Source of the DNA: a virus
Taxonomy: Duplodnaviria; Caudoviricetes
Direction: 5' to 3' (one strand)
IMG/VR virus record: IMGVR_UViG_3300020045_007863
Span: 1 to 48,495 of that record
Length of the DNA: 48,495 nt
In this document: positions 8,006 to 17,322 of the stretch, piece by piece
Layout: the number at the start of each line of letters is the position of its first letter
Numbering within the stretch: the first letter of the stretch is position 1
Translations under genes and position numbers: made by a program
The notes under the pieces: generated by a model
Databases searched by the model: none
What the model was told of the DNA's origin: nothing
The model's input: only the letters and a program-made list of their open reading frames with translations

Positions 8006-10573
8006 CTAAAAATTATCAAAATCCTTTTGTGTTTGTAATTCTGCTTTTGCTGAAGATGTCTCCATAAGACGGTGACCTTTGTATTCACACTTAAACCTCT
8101 TTAAGTCACCCGTACGACGATTTTTGAGCATTTTAACAAACGTATAAGGGCCAAACACATCCTCTATGTCACCATCCGTCACCCCTTTTTTTCCTGTGGA
8201 TAACTTCTCTCTAGCCACATTTAGCCCTAAATCACATTCTTGCAAGATACCACTAGAGTCTTTTATATCCGAAGCGTCTGGTTCTTTACGACTATCTTGC
8301 AACTTCTTCAAATGCCACATAAGCACAATAATCACCCTTTCTTGTATGGCTATCGCTTTCAAGTCACGGCAAATCATTGAGTATACTGTTGCTAAGTTGT
8401 TGGTCATGCCTTGCATGTTATTTTGGTTCATCGTCCCGCCCTCGTATTCTCCAAGCAGAAACCCTAAATGGTCTATGTACACCACCTTACATTTTTGAGA
8501 GTCTCTCGCTTCAATTATTTTCTTTTTTAGCCAAGGCAAACGTCGCGTCACATATCTCTCAGGGGTGTACACCTGAGCTCCATTTTCTAAACCCATTTCC
8601 TTAAACTTTTCCCACATCTCAGGAATGGTGAGCTCAAAAGTAAACCATACCGAAGTCACGTTTTCTTTCAACATGTTATAGGTAAAAGTACGAGCTAACG
8701 CAGTATTATGTGTAACAATAAAATCTTTTATTACATACAACCCATCTGATGCCGCAACTGATATACACCGCATCTCATTCTTCCCACAAGGAACAATGCT
8801 TTTAATTGCTCTAAACCACGGGGTCGGCGTATACCGTTTTGCTTTTCGTGGAATAGAAAAAGGGTTCATTGGAGTCCACAACGAAACAACATATCCATTA
8901 TTACCCTTTTTTCTTTTTTCTTTTTTTACCTTAGCAACACCCCCAAGAGAGCGCACAAGCGTCGCAACACCCTCAGCAAGTTTTACGCTCATCGAATAGT
9001 ATTGTGCTCTTTTCCCTAAAACAACATGTCCATCACAATCCATAAGTCCTTGCAAAAGAGAAAGTCGCTGCTCCACGCTCGAAAAAAGATACGCTTCTGG
9101 AATGTATTTATTACGAGAAGTAAGCATATCTAACCCAAGAGTTTTTAACACAGGATGAAATTTCTTTATATGCCATCTTCTAGCAGTTTGACTTCTACAA
9201 ATATATTCTTTTATAGAAAACGATTTAGATTCATGTATAACTTTCTTTGCAATAAATCCATCGTTTGTAGTGAAATTAACAATACTAGAACTAAAACTCC
9301 CGTTCGCAAGCAATACACCAAGAAAAAACGGTGAAACCAGCACCTTTTTTTTGTTAAACACAACAGAATCTACTAATGGAAGAAACCAGTTGTACGAAGC
9401 CTCTGAAGATTTTTTTGTAAACAACTTTTTAGACAAAATTTCTTTTGTAGTAAGTGTTTGCCAATTCTGGGTGCTATAGCGTTGTTTCTTCGTTTGTACC
9501 GTCCATAAGTGTTCCCCATCTGCAACAACACTCGTACCATCGTTGAACGTAATCTCGTAAGAATCTGCAATAGCATGAGCATGAACCCCAGTAACTTTTG
9601 TTTGTCTCCCATTTTTACCGATAATTTTGTCGCCAACAGCTATGTCACCATTTCTAACCCAGCCTTTTTGCGTCAAAATGGGCGTATCAACATGCAATCG
9701 TTTCCCATGTCCAGTTTCGCCCACAACAACCACTAAATCTCCCTCTCGGAAACCTCCTTTCAACGTTTCGTCCACAATCTCAAAACCAGTGCTGTAAGAA
9801 ACAGAAATATCGTCCGCAAACTTACTCGCGGCTTCGGACATAAGAACTACCGGAGCATCATCCTCCGTTTTCTCTGTTTTCTTTCTAGTTTCTCTACCAG
9901 CAATAGAGTTAAATATAGCCCTAAGCTCACTGTCCTCAAGGGGTGGTTTGTTTGCCTTATTCCAATTCAAGACAGTAAGCCACACCGCACTCTCCCATTC
10001 GTCTGGTTTGAACGCTTGTAACAACTTCCCAATAAACTTTGCAGCGGTCTCATTTCGGCTCCCTGTGGTAACTCCAGCAGCAACCTGCTGCCAGTCTGCC
10101 CCTGATTGCGCGTAAACGACCCGTAGGACGTCCGCAGGGAACGGTTGTGGCTCCTCTATCAACCTCCACTCGTAAGACCCCTTAAAACCGATTGTAGGCG
10201 GTGCTACGACATATCCCCCATCTGACCGTATATCTATTCCATCAGATATACCTGCTTTATTGGGCAGCCCCTCAAGGTATCGGTAGTAGTAATGCCATCC
10301 ACCAGATTGGGTCTTAGCCACCAAAGTAGGAGGAAGCCCCCTCGGAGTCCCCCCGTTTTTCGGGTCTATATCGACAACAGACAAATTTGATATTTTACCT
10401 GTGACTATTGCAATACCTGCGTCCCCACTAAACCATTTCTCTAATTCCTCTGGCGTTGGTCGTCGAGTCTGATATTCCTTCCACGATGAAAGTAATGGTT
10501 TTTTGTCTCTACCAACAGGAATAACCGACAACCCTTTCGCAACGTATGATTTTGCCACAGCAAGCATACTCAT
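8006..10573 (-). CDS. Bifunctional primase-polymerase (Prim-Pol + PriCT-1) fused to an SF4/DnaB-like helicase, intein-containing
   Basis: GLSVIPV..KKP, VVDID, TQSGGWHYY, DIRSDGGYVVAPPT; GSRNE..WN..NKPPL; Walker A GETGHGK/T; YIDHLG; DIKDSSGILQECD; KNRRTG. Confidence 0.92.
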   Translation of the reverse strand: MSMLAVAKSYVAKGLSVIPVGRDKKPLLSSWKEYQTRRPTPEELEKWFSGDAGIAIVTGKISNLSVVDIDPKNGGTPRGLPPTLVAKTQSGGWHYYYRYLEGLPNKAGISDGIDIRSDGGYVVAPPTIGFKGSYEWRLIEEPQPFPADVLRVVYAQSGADWQQVAAGVTTGSRNETAAKFIGKLLQAFKPDEWESAVWLTVLNWNKANKPPLEDSELRAIFNSIAGRETRKKTEKTEDDAPVVLMSEAASKFADDISVSYSTGFEIVDETLKGGFREGDLVVVVGETGHGKRLHVDTPILTQKGWVRNGDIAVGDKIIGKNGRQTKVTGVHAHAIADSYEITFNDGTSVVADGEHLWTVQTKKQRYSTQNWQTLTTKEILSKKLFTKKSSEASYNWFLPLVDSVVFNKKKVLVSPFFLGVLLANGSFSSSIVNFTTNDGFIAKKVIHESKSFSIKEYICRSQTARRWHIKKFHPVLKTLGLDMLTSRNKYIPEAYLFSSVEQRLSLLQGLMDCDGHVVLGKRAQYYSMSVKLAEGVATLVRSLGGVAKVKKEKRKKGNNGYVVSLWTPMNPFSIPRKAKRYTPTPWFRAIKSIVPCGKNEMRCISVAASDGLYVIKDFIVTHNTALARTFTYNMLKENVTSVWFTFELTIPEMWEKFKEMGLENGAQVYTPERYVTRRLPWLKKKIIEARDSQKCKVVYIDHLGFLLGEYEGGTMNQNNMQGMTNNLATVYSMICRDLKAIAIQERVIIVLMWHLKKLQDSRKEPDASDIKDSSGILQECDLGLNVAREKLSTGKKGVTDGDIEDVFGPYTFVKMLKNRRTGDLKRFKCEYKGHRLMETSSAKAELQTQKDFDNF
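8705..9700 (-). mobile_element. Class 3 intein (332 aa) with LAGLIDADG homing endonuclease, inserted in the helicase Walker A
   Basis: GK/RLHVDTPILTQKGW; block B ADGEHLW; LGVLLANG and LLQGLMDCDG; block F MRCISV; block G IVTHN/T; removal restores GETGHGKT. Confidence 0.9.
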
Positions 10574-11364
10574 CGTAGTTTCTTGAAATGAGAGTTAATC
10601 CTACTCTTGAGGTAATGAAACGAAGTCATATTCTGTGACTCGAACGAGTCTTTCGATAAACGCCGCACCAAAGCTCTAAAGTTTTTTATAATTTCTTCGT
10701 CATTAAGTTCCTCCGCTGTGTACCCTGTGCCAATAAGTGCTGTCTTGAACAGGGGGATGTACTCAGCAACCTCTTTGATATTTGTCCCCCTGTCTAAGAA
10801 ATCAAGCCCTTGTTCGTCCTTGAGTGTTTGTATAAGGGCTACCCCTAGGCTGGACAGCCGCGCCGACCCCCCCCGTGTTGTGGTCTTGCCTTTTTTAGTA
10901 GGGAGTATCTCGCCGTCCTCGGATATGTCGTGAAGCTCAATTCTTTGGTCTTCTTTCCTTTCAGTTTCGTCCGAAACTTTAGGTTCGTGGTGGTCTCTAT
11001 CTTTAGTACTTATATAATATATAGAGTGCGGAACTCCCAGTTCCTCCCTAACGACGCTCAGAGTTCCACCCTTGTCGACATGGGCGGAACTCCCAGTTCC
11101 TCCCCCATGCCCTCCTGGTATTATCCTTCTATTTTGACTTTTACCGTGACGTGTTATCAAAAACATCTTCTCAAGTTCCAATAAACAATCTCTCACATGT
11201 CTATCAGAACATCCTAGTTTTTCTGAGAAATAGTCGTTACTTGCGAACACAGGTTTACCAGAAACCCAAAAACCATTTATTAAACAATATAATTTCCACT
11301 TCAGAGGAACCGAAGGGTCATCAATAAAACGTTGCGGAAGTACATACACATGAGGTTGTTTCAT
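10570..11364 (-). CDS. Replication initiator-like winged-HTH protein
   Basis: FASNDYFSEKLGCSDRHVRDCLLELEKMFLITR; directly upstream of and coupled to the primase-helicase; contains iteron-like repeats. Confidence 0.75.
   Translation of the reverse strand: MKQPHVYVLPQRFIDDPSVPLKWKLYCLINGFWVSGKPVFASNDYFSEKLGCSDRHVRDCLLELEKMFLITRHGKSQNRRIIPGGHGGGTGSSAHVDKGGTLSVVREELGVPHSIYYISTKDRDHHEPKVSDETERKEDQRIELHDISEDGEILPTKKGKTTTRGGSARLSSLGVALIQTLKDEQGLDFLDRGTNIKEVAEYIPLFKTALIGTGYTAEELNDEEIIKNFRALVRRLSKDSFESQNMTSFHYLKSRINSHFKKLR
11001..11104. promoter_or_regulatory. Putative replication origin: two 21-bp iterons plus an AT-rich tract inside the initiator gene
   Basis: GCGGAACTCCCAGTTCCTCCC at 11028 and 11084, partial GAGTTCCACCC at 11061, AT-rich TACTTATATAATATATAG adjacent. 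Confidence 0.65.
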
Positions 11365-11376
11365 AAAAATAAAAAC

Positions 11377-11468
11377 GCCGCTTCAGATGAGAGGGAGTTC
11401 TATACCGTGCTTGCTACACGGCGGGTTGACCCCCTCCCACTCATTTGAAACGGCACTTATTTAGCAAG
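11377..11468 (-). ncRNA. Structured leader RNA upstream of the initiator gene
   Basis: 21-bp imperfect stem 11377-11397/11434-11454; inner hairpin CCGTG/CACGG whose loop is complementary to 11462-11468. Confidence 0.5.
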
Positions 11469-11605
11469 AGATAATATACACCTATCTATATAGAAATTCA
11501 ATAGATGTAACGAAATTGTACTACTTCATTCAAAATTCACACAACTTGTGCCTGTGGACAACGCAACTAATCCTTTCCTTTGCGAAATAACCCAAATCTT
11601 TTATA

Positions 11606-11640
11606 AGAAAAACTCCCGAAACAAAATGCTTCGAGAGTTT
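11606..11640 (-). terminator. Intrinsic terminator after groES
   Basis: Minus-strand AAACUCUCGAAG-loop-UUCGGGAGUUUUUCUU. Confidence 0.7.
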
Positions 11641-11670
11641 CACTGTGAAACGGATTAGTAACCGCGCTTC

Positions 11671-12078
11671 TTAGTTGCCTTTTTTGCTACCTTTTTTGGT
11701 GCTACTTTCTTCACTGTTTTCTTTTTGTTCATTTTGTTTTTCGTTTATCTGTGTGTATTGCCCACGCTTTTTTGGCAGCTCGACCTCGCCGCGCACGTTT
11801 GCAATAACCTCGCTTTCTTCAAGGATGTACAGCGTTCTGTCTGTGCCATCTACACTCGGTACTTTAAGAACGTCGATTGCATACCGACGGAAAAATACCA
11901 CATCCTTTTCTTTGAAACTGCACCCCTCTCCGGCGCGTATGACTGTACCGAGGACAGGAGTTGCGTGTCCGTCCCCATCCGAGATTTCTAAACCTTCGCT
12001 TGTCTCAGTTGCTTGTGAAAATGGTTCAACCAATAATCGTTTACCGACTGGGTACACATCCTCAAATTTATATTCCAT
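11671..12078 (-). CDS. groES: Co-chaperonin GroES (Cpn10) with charged C-terminal extension
   Basis: VYPVGKRLLVEP..ETSEGLEI..GTVIRAGEG..DVVFFRRYA..ILEESEVIA. Confidence 0.85.
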   Translation of the reverse strand: MEYKFEDVYPVGKRLLVEPFSQATETSEGLEISDGDGHATPVLGTVIRAGEGCSFKEKDVVFFRRYAIDVLKVPSVDGTDRTLYILEESEVIANVRGEVELPKKRGQYTQINEKQNEQKENSEESSTKKGSKKGN

Positions 12079-12129
12079 AAATATAATTAAAAAGTAGTTT
12101 CATATTTTATGCAAGGAGGTTGTCCCCAC

Positions 12130-12798
12130 CTACTTAACATGTTGTTGGTAGTATTCGTAACGTTTCTTAAATGCGGGTTCAATGATTGGTCTATCTGTAG
12201 CGTTTGCGTATCGTGATAAATATAATTCTTGTGGGTCGTTTGCATAATCTTTCACCACTGTTTGTGTGTTTGTTTTTTTATCGTACGCGTACTCTTTGCT
12301 GCGAAGCGCCAAGTAATCTGCGGCTGCGTTAAATACTCCTTGCTTTGAATTAAAATCAACTTCTTTACCCGCTTTGAGTAAGTCTTTTTTGGCATTCTCA
12401 GTTAGCCCTAAAAGATACGCCGACTCTCCAATTTTTTTATTATAATTCTTTGACGATGTTCCTGCGCTCGATTCCTGCGCGTATATGCTTGCTAAAAGGG
12501 CAGGAGCCACGCCAGAACGCTCTGCGGCAGCTTTAATATACGGAGACGCCTCTTGCATCGCGGGAGAGTCCCACGACGCTGTGTCGGCATCCTGGTGCGA
12601 AATAGAGGGGGTCTTAGGTGGTGCTGCGCGGTATTCAATAGTGGAAGCACCGAGTTTACTGAGAGTATCGCCCAACGCAGTCTTGGTAGATTGTAGGTGC
12701 TTCATCGTTGCCCCCATAAGCGACTTGCCTTTTGCACCAAAGTATGCTTGTATGGCGTCTATGCCTATACTACTTGGTTTGTTGGTGTTCGGATTCAT
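12130..12798 (-). CDS. Lytic transglycosylase (SLT/lysozyme-like), probably virion-associated
   Basis: IKAAAERSGVAPALLASIYAQESS with catalytic Glu; AAADYL; follows the ejection genes. Confidence 0.7.
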   Translation of the reverse strand: MNPNTNKPSSIGIDAIQAYFGAKGKSLMGATMKHLQSTKTALGDTLSKLGASTIEYRAAPPKTPSISHQDADTASWDSPAMQEASPYIKAAAERSGVAPALLASIYAQESSAGTSSKNYNKKIGESAYLLGLTENAKKDLLKAGKEVDFNSKQGVFNAAADYLALRSKEYAYDKKTNTQTVVKDYANDPQELYLSRYANATDRPIIEPAFKKRYEYYQQHVK

Positions 12799-12814
12799 AC
12801 TTTATTTCGGGATG

Positions 12815-15433
12815 TCATCTCGTCGTTTCTGAAAGTGCTCTAAAGTCGTCAACGATTTCTTGCTTTTCTTCCTCGGTAAGTGGGCGCCCAAGCATATCTT
12901 CTGCACCGTTTATATAAGTTTCTGCGGAGTAGCCACCCACCAGTGATGGGTACTTGGTCGTCTGAGCCACCTCTTGCAAGTGCTTCCCGAACGTAGTGAG
13001 TTCTCGTTCCCGTACTTTATTTTCACTACGAAGCTGTCGCACGACGTCATCGTAAGCAGCCGCATCTGTCTTTAATGCTTTACCTGCTGCGGCTGACTTT
13101 CCAAATTGTGCAAGATGATAAATAGCTGGCACACTTTTCCCCGTGAGTGCATACAAAGTACCTGTTACTAAGTGTGCGGCGGTCATCATTTTCTGTGCCT
13201 TAGAAAGGTCTCCGTTTTGGACTGCGCGAAGTAGTTTATCCGTTTCGAGTAGGTAAGACGAAAGAGATATCTCGTCTGCGCCCACCTTAATCTTAACTCC
13301 ATCAAACAAGGACTTAAACATTTCGTCTTTATTGGCTCCACCAATACGGTCAAAGTCATTAAGCATACCGCTTACCATTTCGGTAACAGCATCGGGGTTC
13401 AGCTCACCTGTTGCAGTCTGGATATTCTTTGAGTGTCGTGTGGCAACCCCGCGGAGTATTTCCTTACCCAGGATATTCTTCATCTCCGTATTCTCTGGTA
13501 TCAATCGGAGAATGGCGTTCAGTTGTTCTACACTCCGTATGTTTGAAATTTCTTCACCAAGTAGAGAGTAGTCGCGGAAGCCATTAGTGCGTTCGGCAAT
13601 GCCCGCCACTCGGTTGAGGTCGTTGAACATATCAATTACTTTATTTACTTCTGGTGTAAGCCCACCCCCTTGCCCAATCTCTTGAGCACCTTTCAAAAAC
13701 GAACCGAAGTCCGATTTGGCAAGGTTCCCCAACTGCTCAAGCTGTGCCAAGTGGGTGTCAGTTAGGATTGTTTGCCCTGTGCTGGCACGGGAACCCTTAA
13801 CCCACTTGAGATTATCAGCAAAGATGATAGCCGAGTCAGCCAGCGACCCCTGCTGCCGTGCCTTGTTGATGATGGTATTAAAAATAAGTCGAGAGTAGTT
13901 CTCCCTTTCTTGTGCGCTGGTAAAGCCCTCCATAAAAACACGGGACTGCTCACTGGTGGGAGTCTTACCCGTCATCACGTCATCGACGATGTTTCGTGCC
14001 GAGCCAGCCGTGCGCATACGATGTACCACAGGGTCGTCTACGATGTTGCGCACTTGGTCGGCGTAATTGAAAGCCCTGTTCAAGTCGTCCATAGAGCCTG
14101 GAGCCTCCTTGGTGAAGGTGTTTTTAATGCCCTGTAAATAGGCAAACATCCTATTGCGTATGAGTTCGTCGGCTACAGGGTTTTCGCTTCGGTAATTGGG
14201 CAAACTACGGAAGATGTCATAGGCAGCCCTAGGAGTCATTTCCCCCACGGGCAGGTTGCGTACCAGCCCAACTTGGTTGGAGATGGTTTCAAACGCCTCT
14301 TGTGTTACCTCTCCTTTTGCATATCTCGCGTACAAGTCTTTAAGATAGACATCAATTTTAGTGTCCACCTCTTGCACAGGAACCATGTCAATTTCTTTGA
14401 CCCCCGAATTGTCTAGCGGCTGAGCAAACATTTCGTCCCGCTTAGCGTAGTACGACTGTGCTGTTTTGCTGTAGTTTCCTTTCACCGTCTCCATAAGCAA
14501 CGCCTCGTCAACCTCGGTGTCACGATAAAAAGTATTCATTCCATCGTCTACCAACTTCTTTTGCTGTCTTTCTACTTCCTGTTGGAGTATGCGGTACTCT
14601 GTTTCAAGACCATCTCCCAAAGTTTTTCTTTGTAGGTTGTCAACGTAGTTTCTAGCCTTGCCCGCATACTCGGATAGTTGTTCAGCAACCAACTTACCAG
14701 TCTCACTTTTCATAAATGTTCCACCCAGCCACTCCATAGCCTTTCCTCCTTGGTGTAGAAGCGCATATCCAGCGACGGCACCCCCAAAAGCAATGCTTCC
14801 CTCTTTTGCAAGGGTAGCGAGCTCATCCTCTGATTTCACTCCTGGCTTTGCGGCTTCCTGTAAACCAACACCAATTCCAAACGGCGCAGCAAACGGAGAG
14901 ACAGCTTTCGCATATCGAAGGGGTGCAGATAACAGCCCGCCAGAGGCAAGTTTCAATGGTGAATAATACAAAGAACCAAGTTCCAAAAGACCGCCACCCA
15001 AATCCATAACACTTTTTCTCAAAGCATCGCCGTACTCTATGTCTTCCTTAGCAAGCGCCTCTGCCGCCTCTGCACCATAGGGTTTTACATTTCCGAAGTA
15101 TGGGTAATCTATTCCCTTACGAGCCACCTCAAAGGCTTTGTCTTGCACTTGTTTTCCACCGACCATACGCGCAAGGAGCGCGGCTCCGCCCTCAGACACC
15201 GTGGCAGTTGCTCTTAAGGCAGGGTTTATTACAGCTCGTACAAGCGAATCGGGAAAGAATGGGATGTCCATCAGGTTGCTTCCTTCGACCACTGGCGCGG
15301 CTTCGGTAGGTTTAGACGTGTTAAACCGACCAATCAGGTCAGTAAGAGCGGCGTCTTTTTGTGTGCCAACAACACCCTTAGCATCAAGCGCTTTGTTAGC
15401 TTCTTGTAAAAGTTTGTCTAGTTCTGGGTTCAT
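12815..15433 (-). CDS. Large internal virion / DNA ejection protein
   Basis: 872 aa, helical and Ala/Gly/Leu-rich; position after the tail genes as in podoviruses. Confidence 0.55.
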   Translation of the reverse strand: MNPELDKLLQEANKALDAKGVVGTQKDAALTDLIGRFNTSKPTEAAPVVEGSNLMDIPFFPDSLVRAVINPALRATATVSEGGAALLARMVGGKQVQDKAFEVARKGIDYPYFGNVKPYGAEAAEALAKEDIEYGDALRKSVMDLGGGLLELGSLYYSPLKLASGGLLSAPLRYAKAVSPFAAPFGIGVGLQEAAKPGVKSEDELATLAKEGSIAFGGAVAGYALLHQGGKAMEWLGGTFMKSETGKLVAEQLSEYAGKARNYVDNLQRKTLGDGLETEYRILQQEVERQQKKLVDDGMNTFYRDTEVDEALLMETVKGNYSKTAQSYYAKRDEMFAQPLDNSGVKEIDMVPVQEVDTKIDVYLKDLYARYAKGEVTQEAFETISNQVGLVRNLPVGEMTPRAAYDIFRSLPNYRSENPVADELIRNRMFAYLQGIKNTFTKEAPGSMDDLNRAFNYADQVRNIVDDPVVHRMRTAGSARNIVDDVMTGKTPTSEQSRVFMEGFTSAQERENYSRLIFNTIINKARQQGSLADSAIIFADNLKWVKGSRASTGQTILTDTHLAQLEQLGNLAKSDFGSFLKGAQEIGQGGGLTPEVNKVIDMFNDLNRVAGIAERTNGFRDYSLLGEEISNIRSVEQLNAILRLIPENTEMKNILGKEILRGVATRHSKNIQTATGELNPDAVTEMVSGMLNDFDRIGGANKDEMFKSLFDGVKIKVGADEISLSSYLLETDKLLRAVQNGDLSKAQKMMTAAHLVTGTLYALTGKSVPAIYHLAQFGKSAAAGKALKTDAAAYDDVVRQLRSENKVRERELTTFGKHLQEVAQTTKYPSLVGGYSAETYINGAEDMLGRPLTEEEKQEIVDDFRALSETTR

Positions 15434-16995
15434 GGTAATCCATTAGCTTTTTTCCATTCTGCAAGAATATCGACAGATGTACTTGGTGCCGCCCCCTCTT
15501 GAGAAACCGTACCAAGAGCCTCAGCGGATGTAAGTATCTGCTGGCGAATCGAAGCAAACTTATTTGTAGCCTCTTGTGGGGTTGAAAATTTCCCAGGGAA
15601 AGCTAGAGCGGCGGCAAGCTGTTCTTGTTGTGCAAGGTTTCCCACCTCACCCATAATGCCCTTGGCAATCAGCGCCCTGCGTGCTTTTACATAGTCATTA
15701 TAAGTAGTCCACCCTTGTGGATTAGGGCCAATACCAGTCCAGGTTCCAAAGGTACGAAACAAACCTTTTGCCCTAGAAAGTACTGTAGTGCCTGGCCCCC
15801 CATAATCGGTTCCTGCGGCCAGAGCATACATCATTTCCGCTTCGTTAATTAAATTTACCGCAGAGGCTATGTTTGGTATAGAGTTTTTCTGCGCGGCAGT
15901 CAGGTCACTGCGCGGTGTAAAGGTAACTCCCTTGCCCCCTTGTCCAAGCATAGGAAAGCTGTAAGCCCCCCCAATGTTAGCACCAGAGTCTTCCAGTTTA
16001 CGCGAGCGAATTTGGTCGTAAATAGAATCTATTTGCGCGTCAATATACTCAGATTGCTTAGCATCCATTTTGCTTGACTGGTCAAATTTCGCCAAGTTTA
16101 ATCCAAAGTTAGCAGAGAACTCGTCCCTGTTTGCTTGAAATTCTGCTTTTCTTTGTTCAGATGTTATTCCAAACTGTACCGCCTCTTGTTTTTGAGACTG
16201 GTCAAACTGCGAGCTTTGTTGTGCTTGCGACCGTACGAACTGTGACTCCTGTTTTGCGGAGTTGTACATATCCAAACTCAGTTTGCGAATACCCATTTCA
16301 AAATCGTTCTGCTGTTTTTCGGCGTCCATGATGAGCTTATTCGCCGCTTCGTAGTGCTGTGCTTTCTGCAACGCCTGTGCTGCGTTCATTTGTCCTTTCA
16401 AACTCGCTGCTTGGGCTGCGTACTTGTCGTCAATGGTTTTAATGTACCCTCCTGTAGCGCTAGAAATGCGTGGGTCTGAATACGGATTCAACTGTGCCGC
16501 AAGAGCTGTCGCCGCCTGACTTGCATTTTGGTATTGATTTGCAAGCGAAGCAAACATTTCTCCGTACTTCTGGTTGTCTACCGCAAGCTGTTTATCAAAT
16601 GTTAAGTTGCTTGCTTCGAGCATCTTGTCTAACCGAGCAGCGTTTTGCGTATCTCGTTGTTGAAGATACTGCATCATCGGGTCAGTCAAACCTGTTGGGT
16701 TAAGTGCTGTGGCTGCTGCTCCTGTCGCCTGGGTCTGGTTCTTCCCTGTGATAACGTCACTACTTGTTACCGCTCCGTCGGGACTCTTGGGTGGAGTGAA
16801 CACCATGTTTCCAGTGCCACCCTGTGCGCCATCAGAAGGAGCCGCGAACGTTATGTCCTTCGCCGCAATCTGGCGGCCACTCCCAGACTCAACAAAGAAA
16901 GAGCTCGGGGAAAGACCACCAGCTTGTACCGCCGCTTGCACGTCAGCCGCACTCATCTGTGCTCCAGTGCCGGAGTTTATATAAAATTTAGGCAT
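15430..16995 (-). CDS. DNA pilot / ejection protein
   Basis: 521 aa, Gln/Ala-rich with repeated QF motifs (ESQFV, SSQFD, AVQFG, AEFQ, DEFS, AKFD). Confidence 0.55.
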   Translation of the reverse strand: MPKFYINSGTGAQMSAADVQAAVQAGGLSPSSFFVESGSGRQIAAKDITFAAPSDGAQGGTGNMVFTPPKSPDGAVTSSDVITGKNQTQATGAAATALNPTGLTDPMMQYLQQRDTQNAARLDKMLEASNLTFDKQLAVDNQKYGEMFASLANQYQNASQAATALAAQLNPYSDPRISSATGGYIKTIDDKYAAQAASLKGQMNAAQALQKAQHYEAANKLIMDAEKQQNDFEMGIRKLSLDMYNSAKQESQFVRSQAQQSSQFDQSQKQEAVQFGITSEQRKAEFQANRDEFSANFGLNLAKFDQSSKMDAKQSEYIDAQIDSIYDQIRSRKLEDSGANIGGAYSFPMLGQGGKGVTFTPRSDLTAAQKNSIPNIASAVNLINEAEMMYALAAGTDYGGPGTTVLSRAKGLFRTFGTWTGIGPNPQGWTTYNDYVKARRALIAKGIMGEVGNLAQQEQLAAALAFPGKFSTPQEATNKFASIRQQILTSAEALGTVSQEGAAPSTSVDILAEWKKANGLP

Positions 16996-16998
16996 TGT

Positions 16999-17319
16999 TT
17001 ATAAAATAAGTTTTAATGCCTCGTTAATATCAGTATTTGTTTGTGTTCCGTCTATGAATTTTTGTCGGAGAACGTTTCTTGCGATAATCATGTTTGACCT
17101 TATAAGTTCTCTGTCTTTTTGTGTTTTATTTTCTCGCAACAAAACTACCCCACCTATAACATTAAACTCTAGTATCCCTTTTTTTATTTCTTCTGCTTCT
17201 GTGTCAGTTACTTCCATAATGATAGTATCGCTCTCTTTATCGTTAGCAAAGACAACACCAATACACCATCCGTCTATTTTGCCTGTATTTTTATTTTTTT
17301 GTACAAAAATTTGTTTCAT
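16999..17319 (-). CDS. Tail fibre-associated / assembly protein
   Basis: 106 aa directly downstream of the tail fibre gene; noticeably AT-rich. Confidence 0.5.
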   Translation of the reverse strand: MKQIFVQKNKNTGKIDGWCIGVVFANDKESDTIIMEVTDTEAEEIKKGILEFNVIGGVVLLRENKTQKDRELIRSNMIIARNVLRQKFIDGTQTNTDINEALKLIL

Positions 17320-17322
17320 GTT

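Noticed and set aside
8195-8203. Perfect DnaA box TGTGGATAA
   Set aside because: It is a single copy inside the helicase coding sequence and could be chance; not counted as a regulatory site.
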